64,000 nucleotides of DNA. Origin: Phoronis australis (Eukaryota; Animalia; Phoronida). Positions 41,801 to 56,800 of the stretch are shown here, piece by piece. Position 1 is the stretch's first letter, and the number at the start of each line of letters is the position of its first letter. The stretch is taken from contig NMRA01000233.1 in assembly GCA_002633005.1 (NCBI GenBank), forward strand, positions 1 to 64,000. The letters are read 5' to 3'. The translations under genes and the position numbers were made by a program. The notes under the pieces are model-generated. The model did no database searches and was not told the DNA's origin. It saw nothing but the letters and a program-made list of their open reading frames with translations.

Positions 41801-44800
41801 TCATTGACTACCCATTGTGTTGCTCAGGCAGATTACACAATAGAGGTTGAGAACTATCAACAAAGGAACAGCTAGCCAATACTCAGCTCTTAAACAGAAC
41901 TAAAGGTCCACCAGAAGGTTTTTCACAACTTGGTGTACTGGCTACAAATAAAAAAAATGGAAGAAAATTCTTGTTCAGTGTATTACTACTAACCAAATCA
42001 AATTCCTTTGACATATTTAGGAAACTGCAACCGGTCTTACTAGTTATATTTTGCCCGTTTTTACCAGTTTCTCTAACGATGGCAAATCAAATTGTCTGTC
42101 AGCTTGTAGTTTCAATTTTTGACTTAATGACACTTGACTACTTCATTTCACGAGTTCAAAAAAATTGCAAATAGAGAAACAAGTGAATAGTAAAAAGTCA
42201 CATCTTCGAGTGAGTAAGTTCTTTTAAAGGACTTGATTATCCATGCAGTTATATTCGCCATATTATTTCTGCAGATAAATGTGTTTAAGCGATGCAATTT
42301 CGATGCGAGCTGATTAATATTTGATGCGCAATGCGAGTGTGATGTGTATGGCACTCGATTTTACACTTTCACAATGCGTACTTCCAACCCTGTTGAAGGT
42401 TTGGTTTACTGACTAAGGAACACTCAGTTGCCCAAATTTGTTACTTTCCATTCTTCTGTAATAGTTAACTGATTTTCCCACTCAAACAACAAAAGCGTAC
42501 ACAACAGAATTCAAGATCCCTTTGGAGAAAGAGATCTTGACTGGGTGCACCATTTTCATAAGCTTATTTGTTTTAGCTATGAGCCTCATTCTTGGGCGAG
42601 ACAGTCAAGACAATAGGGGACCTTTTCTACAAGGCAGACACATTCCTAGTGCCATGCATTTCTTGAAGACCTAACAGACACCACATCAAATGTGGTAGGA
42701 GCAGGATGAAGAAACTGGATGAAATAATTGTAAAGGGCAGCATGAAATTCAAGGTGACGAAATCTAGTCTGATGAAAGGGAAACTGAGCTAGCACCAAGC
42801 CTTCAGGATAAACGATCAGTCAATGCAATATCTGGGTAAGGTGTAAAGCAGTAGCCTGAGTGACATCCCGAACGTGAGAGACATCTTGTTCAGGGGGAGA
42901 CTGAAGATTGTGTGTCAAAGATCATGTTTTAAAACTGACAAGAACATCTGAACCAAGCAAAAACTAAACGTACCCACATTTGGCCAAATAAACACGGTTT
43001 ACAACCTTTAGGCAGGCTAATCAAAGAGATCTACATAAATTCAAAAGTCTTTCAAACCCTAATCAGTTGCAGGCTTGGATAAATTCAAGGTTTCATGTAT
43101 TGCAAGTATTGTCTTCAGCATGGTTTGAAGGAAATTTATGACGTGTAGGTCACTCTGTTTCTGTGATGACCATTTTACAAACCTTGACTATCGACTCCAT
43201 CCACCACATCTTTAGGCACCGTTTGGTATCCTGTAACCAAAAATGTCACAACAAAATTTGAAACAGTCTACAGAGAACAATATAGTGACATACGGTGAAA
43301 TGTAGCATGACTCGCTCCCCCATTCAAATTCACCAGCATTATTTGGGGGTTTTAACATAGAAGTGGTGTACACAAATTAGGTCACCAGCCACTGGCAGAC
43401 AATACAGGTTGGGTCATATTAAAAAGCACCAGCAGTTGCAATGTTTTCTTATTTATCTTTTCATCAGTTGTTACTCAACTAATTTTTGACGCCAAACCAT
43501 GAAAAAGTTCAATTTTTAACGCAGATTAAGTTTTTATGGTCCGCATTGTCTAAAAAGAAAAGAATGTCACGAACAGACAGTTATTATCACCAACACCCAT
43601 TTCTGTTCTCTAATTCCCAACCACAAGAGCCATTCATAAAAGCCCAAGCACTAAGTGCCTATCGTAAAATGCATTGGGGAGGTAACACCCAAATATCATA
43701 CAGTGCTAGCCGATACCACAGAGTATCAACATACGGCAAGCAATGTAAAACCACCTGCTATCAACCTAAACCATTACAGCTGTTAAGTTGAAAAACAATA
43801 GAAAGTGTCGCAAAATTCACTACCACCGGTACCATGAAACCTTTTAGCATACCCAAGAAATAGAGTACAAATTTAGATGTTCTTAGCACAGATATCATAG
43901 TCAGAATTAAAATCAAACTGTAGCAAAATTTAATTTACACCTCAAGTATTTGCTGTATGGAGTGACTAACTTAATTATACAATATGTATTTGCAGCGAGC
44001 CACTGAGGCTTTGTTGTGTTCTTCTTGTATGTTCCTTGTACATGAAACATATACTATAATATTCCAATCTATTGGTAAAACTTTGCTGGACTTATGGTAA
44101 CTATACTTTTGTAAATCAGAGTTTACAATAAAACTACAATATGGAACTCTAGTGGTACAGCTCACCAATATTTTGTCAAACAGGCAGCAACAAGGCAGAG
44201 TCCGAATAAGGACAAAGAGGAAAGGCAGCCACCTAGCAACATGGATCAAACATCAGATTCGGAGCTGGCTCCCAACTGTCCTTCAGATGTCTGCTGAATG
44301 TAGCCTGCTGGCTAAAATAATCATGAACTGTATTTTGCAATGTTCAACTGAACTCTATTATTGGTTGTTCACCATGAAGTACTACTCATCTTGCATCTTA
44401 CCATTGCTAGGAGATGGACGAGAAGTGCTTACAGGGGAAACTACACTGCACTTGCTGTCATGAGTTGAATTCCCGTGGGACAGATAATGTTGGCAATTGG
44501 TGTGAGGCTGACATTTCTGGGATTTCGAATACTCATTAGAAAAGGTACCCATTGGGCAAACTTCACACGTTGTGTCAGAGAACGGAGTACCTAAAATGAA
44601 TTGTACAAAGTGTATGGTGAAATGCCATCTCAGGCAGCAGTCACATCGCAGTAATTACTAAATAAAAAACCTTCTCATGTTCTGAATTTCGAAATATTCA
44701 AGTTTTGATTTAACACCATCAGTCAAATGTGAATGTTTCATCTAAAAGCTGCATTATCCCACAAAGAAAACAATGACAAAAATTAAACCTGTGAAATTTG

Positions 44801-47800
44801 ACACAGGTGAGCCAATTCATCCCATCTTTTCAGCAATTCTTCAAAATAGTTACACAAAACTTAATCATCAAAATAACGCAATGTGCCAAGTTATTTTTTA
44901 AAAATTACACTTAAAAGTTATAATGGTTACAGCTGCAAAGAATACTCTGCAAAACAACATGCGTAATGCCCCTTCCCAAAACTTCTTGTTCAAAAAATAA
45001 TAAAATCTGACAACCGCCATTTCCAAAACCAGGAAGATAAGTCCTGTATGGTGCATCTGAAAAATATCAACAAGATCGACTCCTCTGAATAGACGAGTCT
45101 ACAAAACTTCATGCAGTTTTTAAAGGGTTTGGGAGAAAGAGATACCATAGACGAAAGAAGCTGGACAGAGGTAATAGAAATACAAAGAAATGTATATGAA
45201 AATGTGAAACTTTTGTCAAAAATGCACGCCAAAAAGATGTCAGATAAGTTTTAAAAAACACCCCAAATAGGCAGCAGATATTTATTCTAAGGACAGCCTA
45301 GCATGCAATACAAACCTGGTATAACAACACCATAACCAAAATAACAACGCCTGTGTCGTAAGCACCATGGGTCATGCTTACTTCTCAACCAATACCCAGC
45401 TTTGCATCGGCAGATTGTGTCATTCTTTGACGTACAGTTTTTCACTACCACTTGGAGTGTCACATGACACGATCTTTTACACGGCCGACATCTTGGAGCT
45501 CTATTGTCCACATGCATGTAGGTACCTTGGGGACACACAGAACAGGTTGTCTGCTGAGTGTCCGTGCAGTGATTTATTCGGTGTGACCCAGGTGGACAAT
45601 AGTAACAGTTGTTACCCAGGTGGGGATAGGTCTTGCGGCCATTTGCTACAGCAATGGCATATGCAATAAAAACCTAAAATGAATTGTAAAGTGATAAATA
45701 CCATATTAAGCTACTTGACAATTAATGTACAACCAGCGCAATAGTTGAAAAGCATAACAAACAAAATGTTCGTTCTCCATGTAAGCGCAAAACACAAAAG
45801 GTGTCCTTGAGACGAAATAGTCATACTGAGATTAAGTAGCACTACATCCATCTACAAATACATAACCCATATTGGACGGTTTTGGAGAGTCGCAGCTTGA
45901 AGACAAACCTTTTCCTTTATCATTATCCAGTCACTGTGTAGACTGTACATTCCGTTTCGCTATTCTCTACCCAAACTAGCACCGGTAGACATTTATTTAA
46001 CATAATGTTATCACACATACATACAAATACTACTTCAATATCCAACCAAAAATTCATTTTATCTAGGAATATCCCATCTTGATCTTTGATCTCATTGGGA
46101 CAGCTCATTTGAAGACTCAAAATCACCCCCAACTGGACTGTATGGTGGCTGCCGGGTCGATCACTACAGGCTGGATTTTTTCTACAGTATTAACTCCGTT
46201 GATAGAGTTAGATAGATAGTAACTTCGATGAAGTGAGAAGTCTATGAAAAGATATAGTAATTCTATTGAAAAAGAGTAAATCCATCGACAGAGATTGTAA
46301 TTCTATCGATGGACACAGTAACTCAATCAATAGAGACATTAGTCTATCGATAGAGATAGTAAGTCAATCGATAGAGACATTAGTCTATCCATAGCGATAG
46401 TAAGTCAATCGATAGAGACATTAGTCAATCAATAGAGATAGTAAGTCAATCGATAGAGACAATAGTCTATCCATAGAGATAGTACGTCAATCGATAGTGA
46501 GAGTCAGTCTATCCATAGAGTCAATCAGTAAGTCTATCGATGGTGAAAGTCAGTCCAGCGATAGAGACGTTTATCTATCCATAGAGACATTTGTCCATTG
46601 ACAGAGACAATTTTCTATCAATAGAGACATTTATCTATCGTTACACTTACTGATTCTATAGATAGAGACACTAAGTCTATTGACAGAGACACAAAGTCTA
46701 TCGATGAGACAGCAAGTCTATCGATAGAGACAGCAAGTCCATCGATAAAGACAGCAAGCTTTTTCATAAAAGACTATCTCTGCTAAATTTCATGCACCAC
46801 AGCACGTCGTCCAATTGGTCAAAAGCGTTCATCTCTTCCATTTGCCATGTTGCTCAGTTCACGGCACCTCTCCAGTACACCCTCCTCTGTAAATTCTGGT
46901 TCAAACTAGAAGCGTAAGAAGCCTAAGGAGAGTGATCATCAACACTGGTATTGTAAATGGACATGACTCTGGTTGATTAAAAATGGATGCAAAATGGATT
47001 TTTTTTTTGTTGATAGCATGCTCCTTTACGTGTCTAGTTCGATTACCTAAACAGGGGACATCCTCCATCACATATATGGAGGTCGTGATCTTCTACTGAC
47101 CTGTGACTTTACTGCTACTTTTTATGTAATATTTACCCTGCTCCTAGTAGCCAGACTTCACCTTAATATGCATTTGACAATATTAATAGAGATTGAAAGT
47201 CCATGAGCACATACTAGGCACACTGTAGGTGTTGTAGTGCGTTAGGGTCCAATAGCTGATTCATTACCCTAGTTTTGCCACACTAATTAGGCTGATAGCT
47301 CTCGACATCCGCAATCCGTACTTGCGAATTACTAGGTGGTGGAGTGCCAGAGCTTTATAATGCAACAAAAATCATGAAGTCACCCCCCAAAAAAACGCAC
47401 ACCTCAACTTCCTAACAGATGTAGGCAACCCATATAACCTGCATATCACATGACATCCAACAAACGTCAGCCTCTCCACCGTCATACCATGTCGTTCGTG
47501 TTTTGATGATTGTCTTAAAGTAACTAGACTGTAATGTATATTTCTGCATTTCCATGGACTCATTTTTGTGTTCTTCGTCTGACCTACATGTTAGGGCCGG
47601 AGACAGCTAGGCAATATGTAGCCCCTCTGCTGGCTATATAGGGGCTACAGTCAGTTTCCGTACTATCATTCTGTGTATTTTACTGTAGCCAAAATGCTGA
47701 CACTGAATAAGTGGTTTTCACCTCGTCAAACCTATAATTTACACTTAAAATTGTTTCTTAAAAAGGCCCTAATTACTTTTGTCAGTGATTCTTTCTGATT

Positions 47801-50800
47801 TTATACATTTCCTCAATGAAGCATGGTGTACATGAATTAAAATGACTTTGGCGATAACCACAAAGTACTTCAATTGACATCACGTGAGTTAGGCATGGAC
47901 TAGCGTGACACTGAGTGAAGCCCGTGACCTGGCTCAACACTTGCAATTAGTAGCACATTGGGAAGTTATCTGGTGGACTTTGCAAGATTTGTCAATGTGT
48001 TTCTTGGACATCTTTTATTGAATGTTATTCGCTGCATCTTGAGACAAGTATCTTTCTATGGGGGTAGGTGATCGTCTGTGGATGCCTGCGGCTGTTGTCT
48101 AGCATGCGGCATCCACAGGCAATATAGTAGCCTAGGCAGTAGATGGCAATGAGAGACAGAAAAAGTGCAAGTAAATACTCTCCCAACAAAATCGTCAATT
48201 CTGAGAAATTAACAAGAAAATATCTTATACTGGTTACCATTAAGCTAAGACAAACTGTCTCTATGCCAAAGGTGTCTTACAGTAGAGACAGTGGCCATCC
48301 CATAGGCCCTAATTCTTTCACCGGAAGCTTTTCCACGAATTACGCCTCATGCTAATTAAACCATCAGTCATGTTGCTATACTGAAATACCTGTTGCACAT
48401 AGAGGGGCACCTTAGGAGGCCGTCAATGACTTTAATTCCTTTCAACATGAACAAAATACTCCTGAAACCAAACTTTTTCTTCAAGCAGTTCTTCGTTCAG
48501 TTGTCCAAATTGGCAACTGATACACTGCTCCTGCAAGGAAATACGACGTCATGTCTTCTGGCGTAAGCAGTGTAAAAATGGCCAGTTGCCGATTTGAGCA
48601 ACTGAACAAAGGACTGTTCGAAAAAAAGTTTATGTAGTATTCGTTTAAGTTGGAAGGTATTAAAGACATCAATGACCTCCTAAGGTGCCCCTCTAAACGT
48701 AAAAGGTATTTACTTCAATAGCAATGTGACTTCAATGTTTTAATCAATGTGTATGTCCTTGTCCTTGTCCTGTGATTCGTCCGTGTGATAGTTTCCCGGA
48801 AGGTACCATCATAAATACATCGCCAAGCCCGGGAACTGTGCCTGCCAAATCTGGACCTTGATGGAAGCTGGTTGTTTAGGCTTTCAGCCATATAGATTGG
48901 TCGTACATTGTAAGTACTCTCCGTGAGGCATAACTAGTGAATCTGTGGTTTTGTTCTTGTGGCATGAGTCCCGGCGATTCTAGGTCTCCTGTTTTACCCA
49001 GGGGGTACTCGGAAAATGTAGGAGGTAGGCGCGACAGCGGTGGCAGTCCCGAAGCAAACGCGACCTCAAGGAATGCAAGGGGGTATGAATTTGATTGGCA
49101 TGCCCCTGCAATTTAGTTTCTAAAGGTGTGCACAATACCTGGAAGGATTTCCATTGGAAATTCGCTCTCTTTGCTATGGAAAATTTCTGGTCTGGAGACA
49201 AGTGCCTTCCAGAGTTGAGTCGTTGCTGTGAGAATGATGCACTCCGCTAGCTCTGTAGTTTTACAGAAAGTGGGCTAGAGGCATAATACAACAATGAAGT
49301 AAAAGACACGAGAAAATGCTTTGGCGTTTCATCTTATGTGCCAGAGGTGAATCAATTACAATTCCACTCTGTGTCACAAAAGCATGCCGAGTTCCTTCAA
49401 CAGTGGGCTTACAAGGCTCTATAATTTATATTTGTTGGCATTCCCTCATCCTTCCGACAGTGACCGCCAGTTGTCAGTACTCAGGTTTTACCTTGGGTTA
49501 ATTGACCGGTAAATGGCTCACCATGTCCTTAATAGTCGCCCCCATTCTCCTGATAAGGCTTTGAATTATGCAGATTGGTATTTGACCGTTAAAGACCTCA
49601 TTTAGGCACATCATCCATTCATAAATTTTAAAGGAATTGATGATGACAGCTACATGCAGAGCCATTGCCCAGTCACTCCCAAACATCCCTCTAAGGATAC
49701 TATCAGTGCCTTAGTGGAGAGATGTGATGTGTTGGAGTCCCATGTGAGTTACTTAACTGAAGATAACAATGGTTACACCAAAAGTCCAACAAACATGTAT
49801 GGCAAGTGCTTTAGATGTGGAGAAAAACAACCATTTACGTGTCAATTGCCCAAAAAAACAGGCTAGCCAACAACAAGTGGTTATCTTCAGCGTTTCCAAA
49901 CATTTTAAGTTGGACCAGACTGAATGAAAAATCCCTGTCCCACGTAATTAACCTTGTAGAATATATTATAAAACAAGTGAAGAGACACGCCAAAAATGAA
50001 CTCCGATATCCCACAAAAGGTTTTTCGATCTGTTGCAATAAGGTCAGATGTCAATTGCAGTTGATGAAATTGGCATTAGAAAACCTGACACCATTTTGTC
50101 CCCTGATCCCCCACCCAATTACCTCCATCTCTAACGAACAAGAGCGTTTTACCCAAAGATCACTCAACTCTTCGGTCGAGTGTGGCGTCAGATTGCAGAA
50201 GGCTGGCCGAGAGTGACGTGAGGCTTAAAGTTCCACCCCCATTCCATGAGAATATTGCTCTTAATGGCATCTATCCTCCTCGGCATCCATTTTTACGAAG
50301 CTATGCAAGGCCTAAAAACTCCTCATGTCAGCCTTTATATTGGAGTGACGGAACAGTGACAATGACTCATTACGTCCTGCCCTACTTAGAGGGTATTATT
50401 ATGTTGTTTTTAGTAAATTTGGAAAGTCTCTGGTGACTATATATTTACTGTCAAGTGACTGCTCCCTCTATTTTGGATGTGCTGGCATTCCAAACTCCTA
50501 TTACATTTATCTTAACAGTTGATTTACCTCCATCCTCTAATGGGAACTATCACATTGTCCTTATGCTAAGAGTTTGTTTTTTGGTTGGGGGACAATAAAT
50601 GTTTCTGCGAATGATGTTGATTCCCGGTGGGCTTCACTTCTTTTAGGGAAGGGGGCAATGTTGTAATAGTCAACATCATTCGTCCTTATACTTGTCCTGT
50701 GCTATCTCGTGATTCGTCCATCTGATAGTTTCCCAGATGGCACCATCATAAATACATCACAAAGCCCAGGAATTGTACCTGTCAAATCTGGACCTTGGTG

Positions 50801-53800
50801 GAAGCTGGTTGGTTAGGCATTCACTGCACAGATTGGCCATACATTGTAAGTACTCTCCGTGAGGCATAACTAGTGAACCTGTGCAGTAATAAAACTAGTC
50901 TTGAGGCAAAGCTGTATATTTAGTATACAGCTTTGCACCGATGTGGGTAAAAACTGACAAGATAAAATACAACACAAAAAATTGTGTCATTAAAAACTAC
51001 AAACTTCCTTGAGTAAATTAAATTATTTACCGGTTTTGGAAAATTGGTGTTTTACTGTTACTAGTAGCCTGGTTCTAAAGTTGTGGAGTGATCTTTTGCA
51101 TTGGCTTTCGGTGCCATGAAATATTGCGTCTTTTTTCATCCATTATTTAATCAACTGTTGTTCTTTCATGAGGTTGTGTGCACATCGCAACAAATCATTG
51201 CAACTGCTTTCACTTCATTAAGTTTTTAGTATTTTGATAACAGCAAACCGAATTTCAGAACAAATTTTGCTACAGCAAAGCCTTCACCATCTCCCAAGAT
51301 ATGTTGCAAAATTATGAAATGGCGCGTGCGCGTGTCACAACCGTACTCTTTTCAAAACGACAACATAACTTTTCTTTGTGAGAAAACATGACGACGTTTT
51401 TCCGTTCAGTATCTTTACCAGACGTAGAGGGTTGTGAGCGTGTGATAACATTTTTCTTAAATTAGTTTCTTTGTTAACTGCCAAGCACAGTCTTTTGTCT
51501 GGTATGACAACAAGCAGGCCAATTATCTACCAGGCTTATTACAGACCACGATTGAACACAGTCAAACCCAGAGCGAATTGGTACATTCGGAAAGAATAGA
51601 TTGTCGTTACTTCAGTTGTAGTTATGCAATTTTGGCAATTCAAAAACTTAATCATGATCACCATTTGATAAAGATTTAAGAAATGCTATTGGTTTATGTT
51701 CAAATATGTTATAACTTAACTTTTATTTTAGCAGCACAGCCCAGTCAGGGTAGATAAGATCTTACTGGAGATTAGAGCAATTATCGAACAAAAGAAAGCT
51801 CACCCTCCAACCATAAACGCCAGAATGGAGTTACAGGAGAATGCCACCCCATTTAATTAGTCTTTTTTGTCGTCTTAATCGGTCTATATCCACATCGCCT
51901 CGCATACAGTCGACCTTACCTTGCCGAGTCGCATTAACCTGTGAGGAAGGTGAGAAACGACACAGCGACGTCAGTGGTTCATTTGCAGAGTGAATGCCGC
52001 TATGTTGCGGTGCATCGTTCCCGCTTGTCTGAACTTTTTATACAGCTGCCGCGAGGAAAGTGGGTATATCAATTTTTCGACTTCCTCAAGAGTTCGAAAT
52101 CCTTAGGAAGTGTCTTGCAGTAGTGAAGAATGAAAAGTACGCTGTAAATAGCAAGTACGAGGCCGTGAAACATCTCCGTGTCTGTGGTCTGCAGTCATTG
52201 ACAGTGCCTGACGAATGCCGGCTTACTAAATGACTATCCATACGTTCCGTTGTCTGAGCTTGTTCACGGCGCCTCTCTAGTATTTCACTGTATTCTGGTT
52301 CGAACTGATAGCCTGTGAAACTTAACGATCCACCTGCGAAGTCTTCGTCGGGATGAGCTCTCGTCTAAGTCGGGATTGCGAGTTGCCATGTTGACGTTTA
52401 TTACTGAGCATTCTGTTTCAAAATGAATTATTCTCACCCTAACCAATACTTATATAAAACTGAAACAAAGTCCGTCTCATTAGATGCAATTTGTAATGCC
52501 TTTGGAGGGCTAGTGAGTGCAAATGATTTGAGAAGCCAGCAATGAATAAATCACTGCGTTACCGGCTTCTCGTGGCCAAAGCAGACTGAATTCGCGGGCC
52601 CCGACGAATACAAAGATTTGCACTTTCGTGGCTATAACTCACCAACATAATCACGTGCACATTACTTCTTTGGCTAACTAGTATAGTATTTTGACTGGAA
52701 GTTTAGTTTCCAACTTTGTTATGTTTCTATGCTGGTTTCGGACCAAAGATGAAGAGCGATACGATTGTGACTAAGGCATATATATTGAGAGTACATGAAA
52801 CATCAAAGGGAACCATAAGTAGGTAACAGAGCATGCCTAATATACTAAGACACTGGTAGCCACATGTTTAGTTACTACTGACCATAACGTAACATCCCCC
52901 TTGTTGAAAAAAAAATTACACTACGAAACACTATCCTAATTTCAAAACTATGATAACTGGTCCTAATTATAAGACAATGGATGGACTATCATTGTCTGGA
53001 CAGTCAAACGGGGATTATTCTGCCCCAACGGTTTGGCTGCTTGCAACTACATCTCTTGAATGAGTCGTGCTGGTCTTGAAACCGTTCGTCCGGAGAGGTA
53101 ACCACAGTGCTCGGGGTGGGTGAAATGATGGGAGGCTTAGCCGCAGTATTGCCCGTTTCAGGAGCATGGTTAGGCGGTGTTGGTCTGACTTCAGACGGTG
53201 GGCGTTGTTTTGTCAGGCACACTGGTTTGGGGAAGTAAGGTACCTCTGGTGTTGGGATCTGTGGCCATCTGAGCTGGTGAGGGGGTGAATCTCACGATCG
53301 TGCCATGGTCCTGCACTTGTCGAGGTCTAAGAAGGATGCGGTTGCGGCAAGTATGTGACCGCTTGTCTTGCATTGTACCGTATAAGACCATGGTTCTGGG
53401 CCTACTCCGATGATGGTGCCAGGTGAAAAAGTCTTCGTGGCAACGTCTTGATAGTACACATGCTCGTGCAGCTGCAGTTCTGTTAGTTCATGCCTATCAG
53501 GCGAATTCGGGTGAGGTAGGTTGTCGTTTCGCTGGAGTGGCTGTCTTTGGATGTAAGATGGCAGTTTACTTCTCAGCTTTTGGCCGAACATACGTTCAGC
53601 GGGGAGGCCATCTGGNTGTGCCAGAGGTGAATCAATTACAATTCCACTCTGTGTCACAAAAGCATGCCGAGTTCCTTCAACAGTGGGCTTACAAGGCTCT
53701 ATAATTTATATTTGTTGGCATTCCCTCATCCTTCCGACAGTGACCGCCAGTTGTCAGTACTCAGGTTTTACCTTGGGTTAATTGACCGGTAAATGGCTCA

Positions 53801-56800
53801 CCATGTCCTTAATAGTCGCCCCCATTCTCTTGATAAGGCTTTGAATTATGCAGATTGGTATTTGACCGTTAAAGACCTCATTTAGGCACATCATCCATTC
53901 ATAAATTTTAAAGTAATTGATGATGACAGCTACATGCAGAGCCATTGCCCAGTCACTCCCAAACATCCCTCAGCGGGGAGGCCATCTGGGGGTTTGTGGG
54001 TGTGGTCATATATTGGAAAAAAGCCTCGTCCAGGTGCTGTGTCTTCGTTCTTGATGGTACGAATCATGCGTTCAATGAAGCCATGTGAACGGGGGTGGTG
54101 GGGCGACGAAGTGATATGTAAAATGTCGAACATCTTAACCGTGGCTCTGACGGGGGCTCCAATGAATTGGGGCCCGTTGTCAGTGATCAAAGTGTCGGGT
54201 GGACCAAACATGGCAAAGATATGGCTGGAGATGCTCGCAACTCGCTGACTGGCAGAGGTGTTCAGCTTCTCGACAATGAAGTACTTGGAGAAATAATCAG
54301 CAACGATGAGATATTCTTGGCCGTGTAGATAAAACAGCAGGTCGGCACTAATGGTGTGCCAGGGAATGTTTAAGGTATGTCATCGGCGACAGATTCCAGA
54401 GGTTCTTTGGGTGAAGAGCTCTGATGTTTCTGGCATGTTTCGCAAGTGGATACGAGGCTTTCTATGTCCTTCATAATGCCAGGCCAACAGATGGTGGATC
54501 GGGCTAGTTGCTGACAGCGAACGATTCCTTGGTGTCCGTAATGGAGCCTGTGCTAATAGTCTTGTTGAAGCGAGCGTGGCATGAGGACCTGAGTTCCCTT
54601 GAGGAGAAGACCATCCTCGATGGTCAGAAGATCTCTAATAGACCAAAAGAGCGGACGTTAGAAGGTAAGTAGCGTGCCTTTTCTGGGAAACCCCTGAAAA
54701 CAGTCCTTCAAGAGAGCTAGTGTTGTGTCTTTATCAGTTTCTTTTTTTAGTTCTTGTAACCGTTCGGTGGAAAACTGTACTAAGTTCACACTGAGGTCAA
54801 GTGGAATTTCCTTGTAGGCATTGGCAGTAGGGAGTCGCGACAATTCGTCGGCAAGGACCATCTTGGGTCCTGGCCTGTATTTGATCTGATAGTCATATTT
54901 TTGTAAACGCAGGAGCATGCACTGCAGTCTGGCAGGCGCCTTGTGCAGAGGCTTGGCCAGTGGATTATGGTCACTTTCTATAAGGAATGGTTGGCCAAAA
55001 AGGTATGTATGAAAACGTTCTGCACCAAAAACACATGCGAGTAGTTCTCGCTCGATGTTAGCGTAACGACTCTCTGTGTCTCTGAGCGTCTTAGAGGCAA
55101 ACGCGATGGGCCGACCATTTTGCGTCAATGCCGCACCTAGGGCAGACTAAGATGCGTCGACCTGCACGACCGCTGGGATCTTCGGGTCAAAATAGCGTAG
55201 GTAGCTTGCTTCGTTGATGGTTTTCTTGAGATTGTCAAATGCGGTCTGCTGTTCATGTTGCCATTGGAAATCAGTCTAGTCGCATTAGGGATCTTAGAGG
55301 GGCAGAGGTTTCACTGACATTTGGTATAAATGAAGATATGTATGTAATCATGCCAAGGAAAAAACGAAGCTCCTGCGCGTTGGATGGTGCCTATATGTCG
55401 GTTATTGCCTTTACCTTTGATGNTTCGTCCGGAGAGGTAACCACAGTGCTCGGGGTGGGTGAAATGATGGGAGGCTTAGCCGCAGTATTGCCCGTTTCAG
55501 GAGCATGGTTAGGCGGTGTTGGTCTGACTTCAGACGGTGGGCGTTGTTTTGTCAGGCACACTGGTTTGGGGAAGTAAGGTACCTCTGGTGTTGGGATCTG
55601 TGGCCATCTGAGCTGGTGAGGGGGTGAATCTCACGATCGTGCCATGGTCCTGCACTTGTCGAGGTCTAAGAAGGATGCGGTTGCGGCAAGTATGTGACCG
55701 CTTGTCTTGCATTGTACCGTATAAGACCATGGTTCTGGGCCTACTCCGATGATGGTGCCAGGTGAAAAAGTCTTCGTGGCAACGTCTTGATAGTACACAT
55801 GCTCGTGCAGCTGCAGTTCTGTTAGTTCATGCCTATCAGGCGAATTCGGGTGAGGTAGGTTGTCGTTTCGCTGGAGTGGCTGTCTTTGGATGTAAGATGG
55901 CAGTTTACTTCTCAGCTTTTGGCCGAACATACGTTCAGCGGGGAGGCCATCTGGGGGTTTGTGGGTGTGGTCATATATTGGAAAAAAGCCTCGTCCAGGT
56001 GCTGTGTCTTCGTTCTTGATGGTACGAATCATGCGTTCAATGAAGCCATGTGAACGGGGGTGGTGGGGCGACGAAGTGATATGTAAAATGTCGAACATCT
56101 TAACCGTGGCTCTGACGGGGGCTCCAATGAATTGGGGCCCGTTGTCAGTGATCAAAGTGTCGGGTGGACCAAACATGGCAAAGATATGGCTGGAGATGCT
56201 CGCAACTCGCTGACTGGCAGAGGTGTTCAGCTTCTCGACAATGAAGTACTTGGAGAAATAATCAGCAACGATGAGATATTCTTGGCCGTGTAGATAAAAC
56301 AGCAGGTCGGCACTAATGGTGTGCCAGGGGATGTTTAAGGTATGTCATCGGCGACAGATTCCAGAGGTTCTTTGGGTGAAGAGCTCTGATGTTTCTGGCA
56401 TGTTTCGCAAGTGGATACGAGGCTTTCTATGTCCTTCATAATGCCAGGCCAATAGATGGTGGATCGGGCTAGTTGCTGACAGCGAACAATTCCTTGGTGT
56501 CCGTAATGGAGCCTGTGCTAATAGTCTTGTTGAAGCGAGAGTGGCATGAGGACCTGAGTTCCCTTGAGGAGAAGACCATCCTCGATGGTCAGAAGATCTC
56601 TAATAGACCAAAAGAGCGGACGTTAGAAGGTAAGTAGCGTGCCTTTTCTGGGAAACCACTGAAAACAGTCCTTCAAGAGAGCTAGTGTTGTGTCTTTATC
56701 AGTTTCTTTTTTTAGTTCTTGTAACCGTTCGGTGGAAAACTGTACTAAGTTCACACTGAGGTCAAGTGGAATTTCCTTGTGGGCATTGGCAGTAGGGAGT

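Noticed and set aside
47372-47563. Candidate first exon of the receptor
   Set aside because: Does not give a convincing signal peptide; 60456-60485 fits in phase and has promoter motifs
50260-50365. GIY-YIG endonuclease (GIY ... LYIG)
   Set aside because: Motifs fall in different frames with atypical spacing and no downstream conserved residues; may be chance
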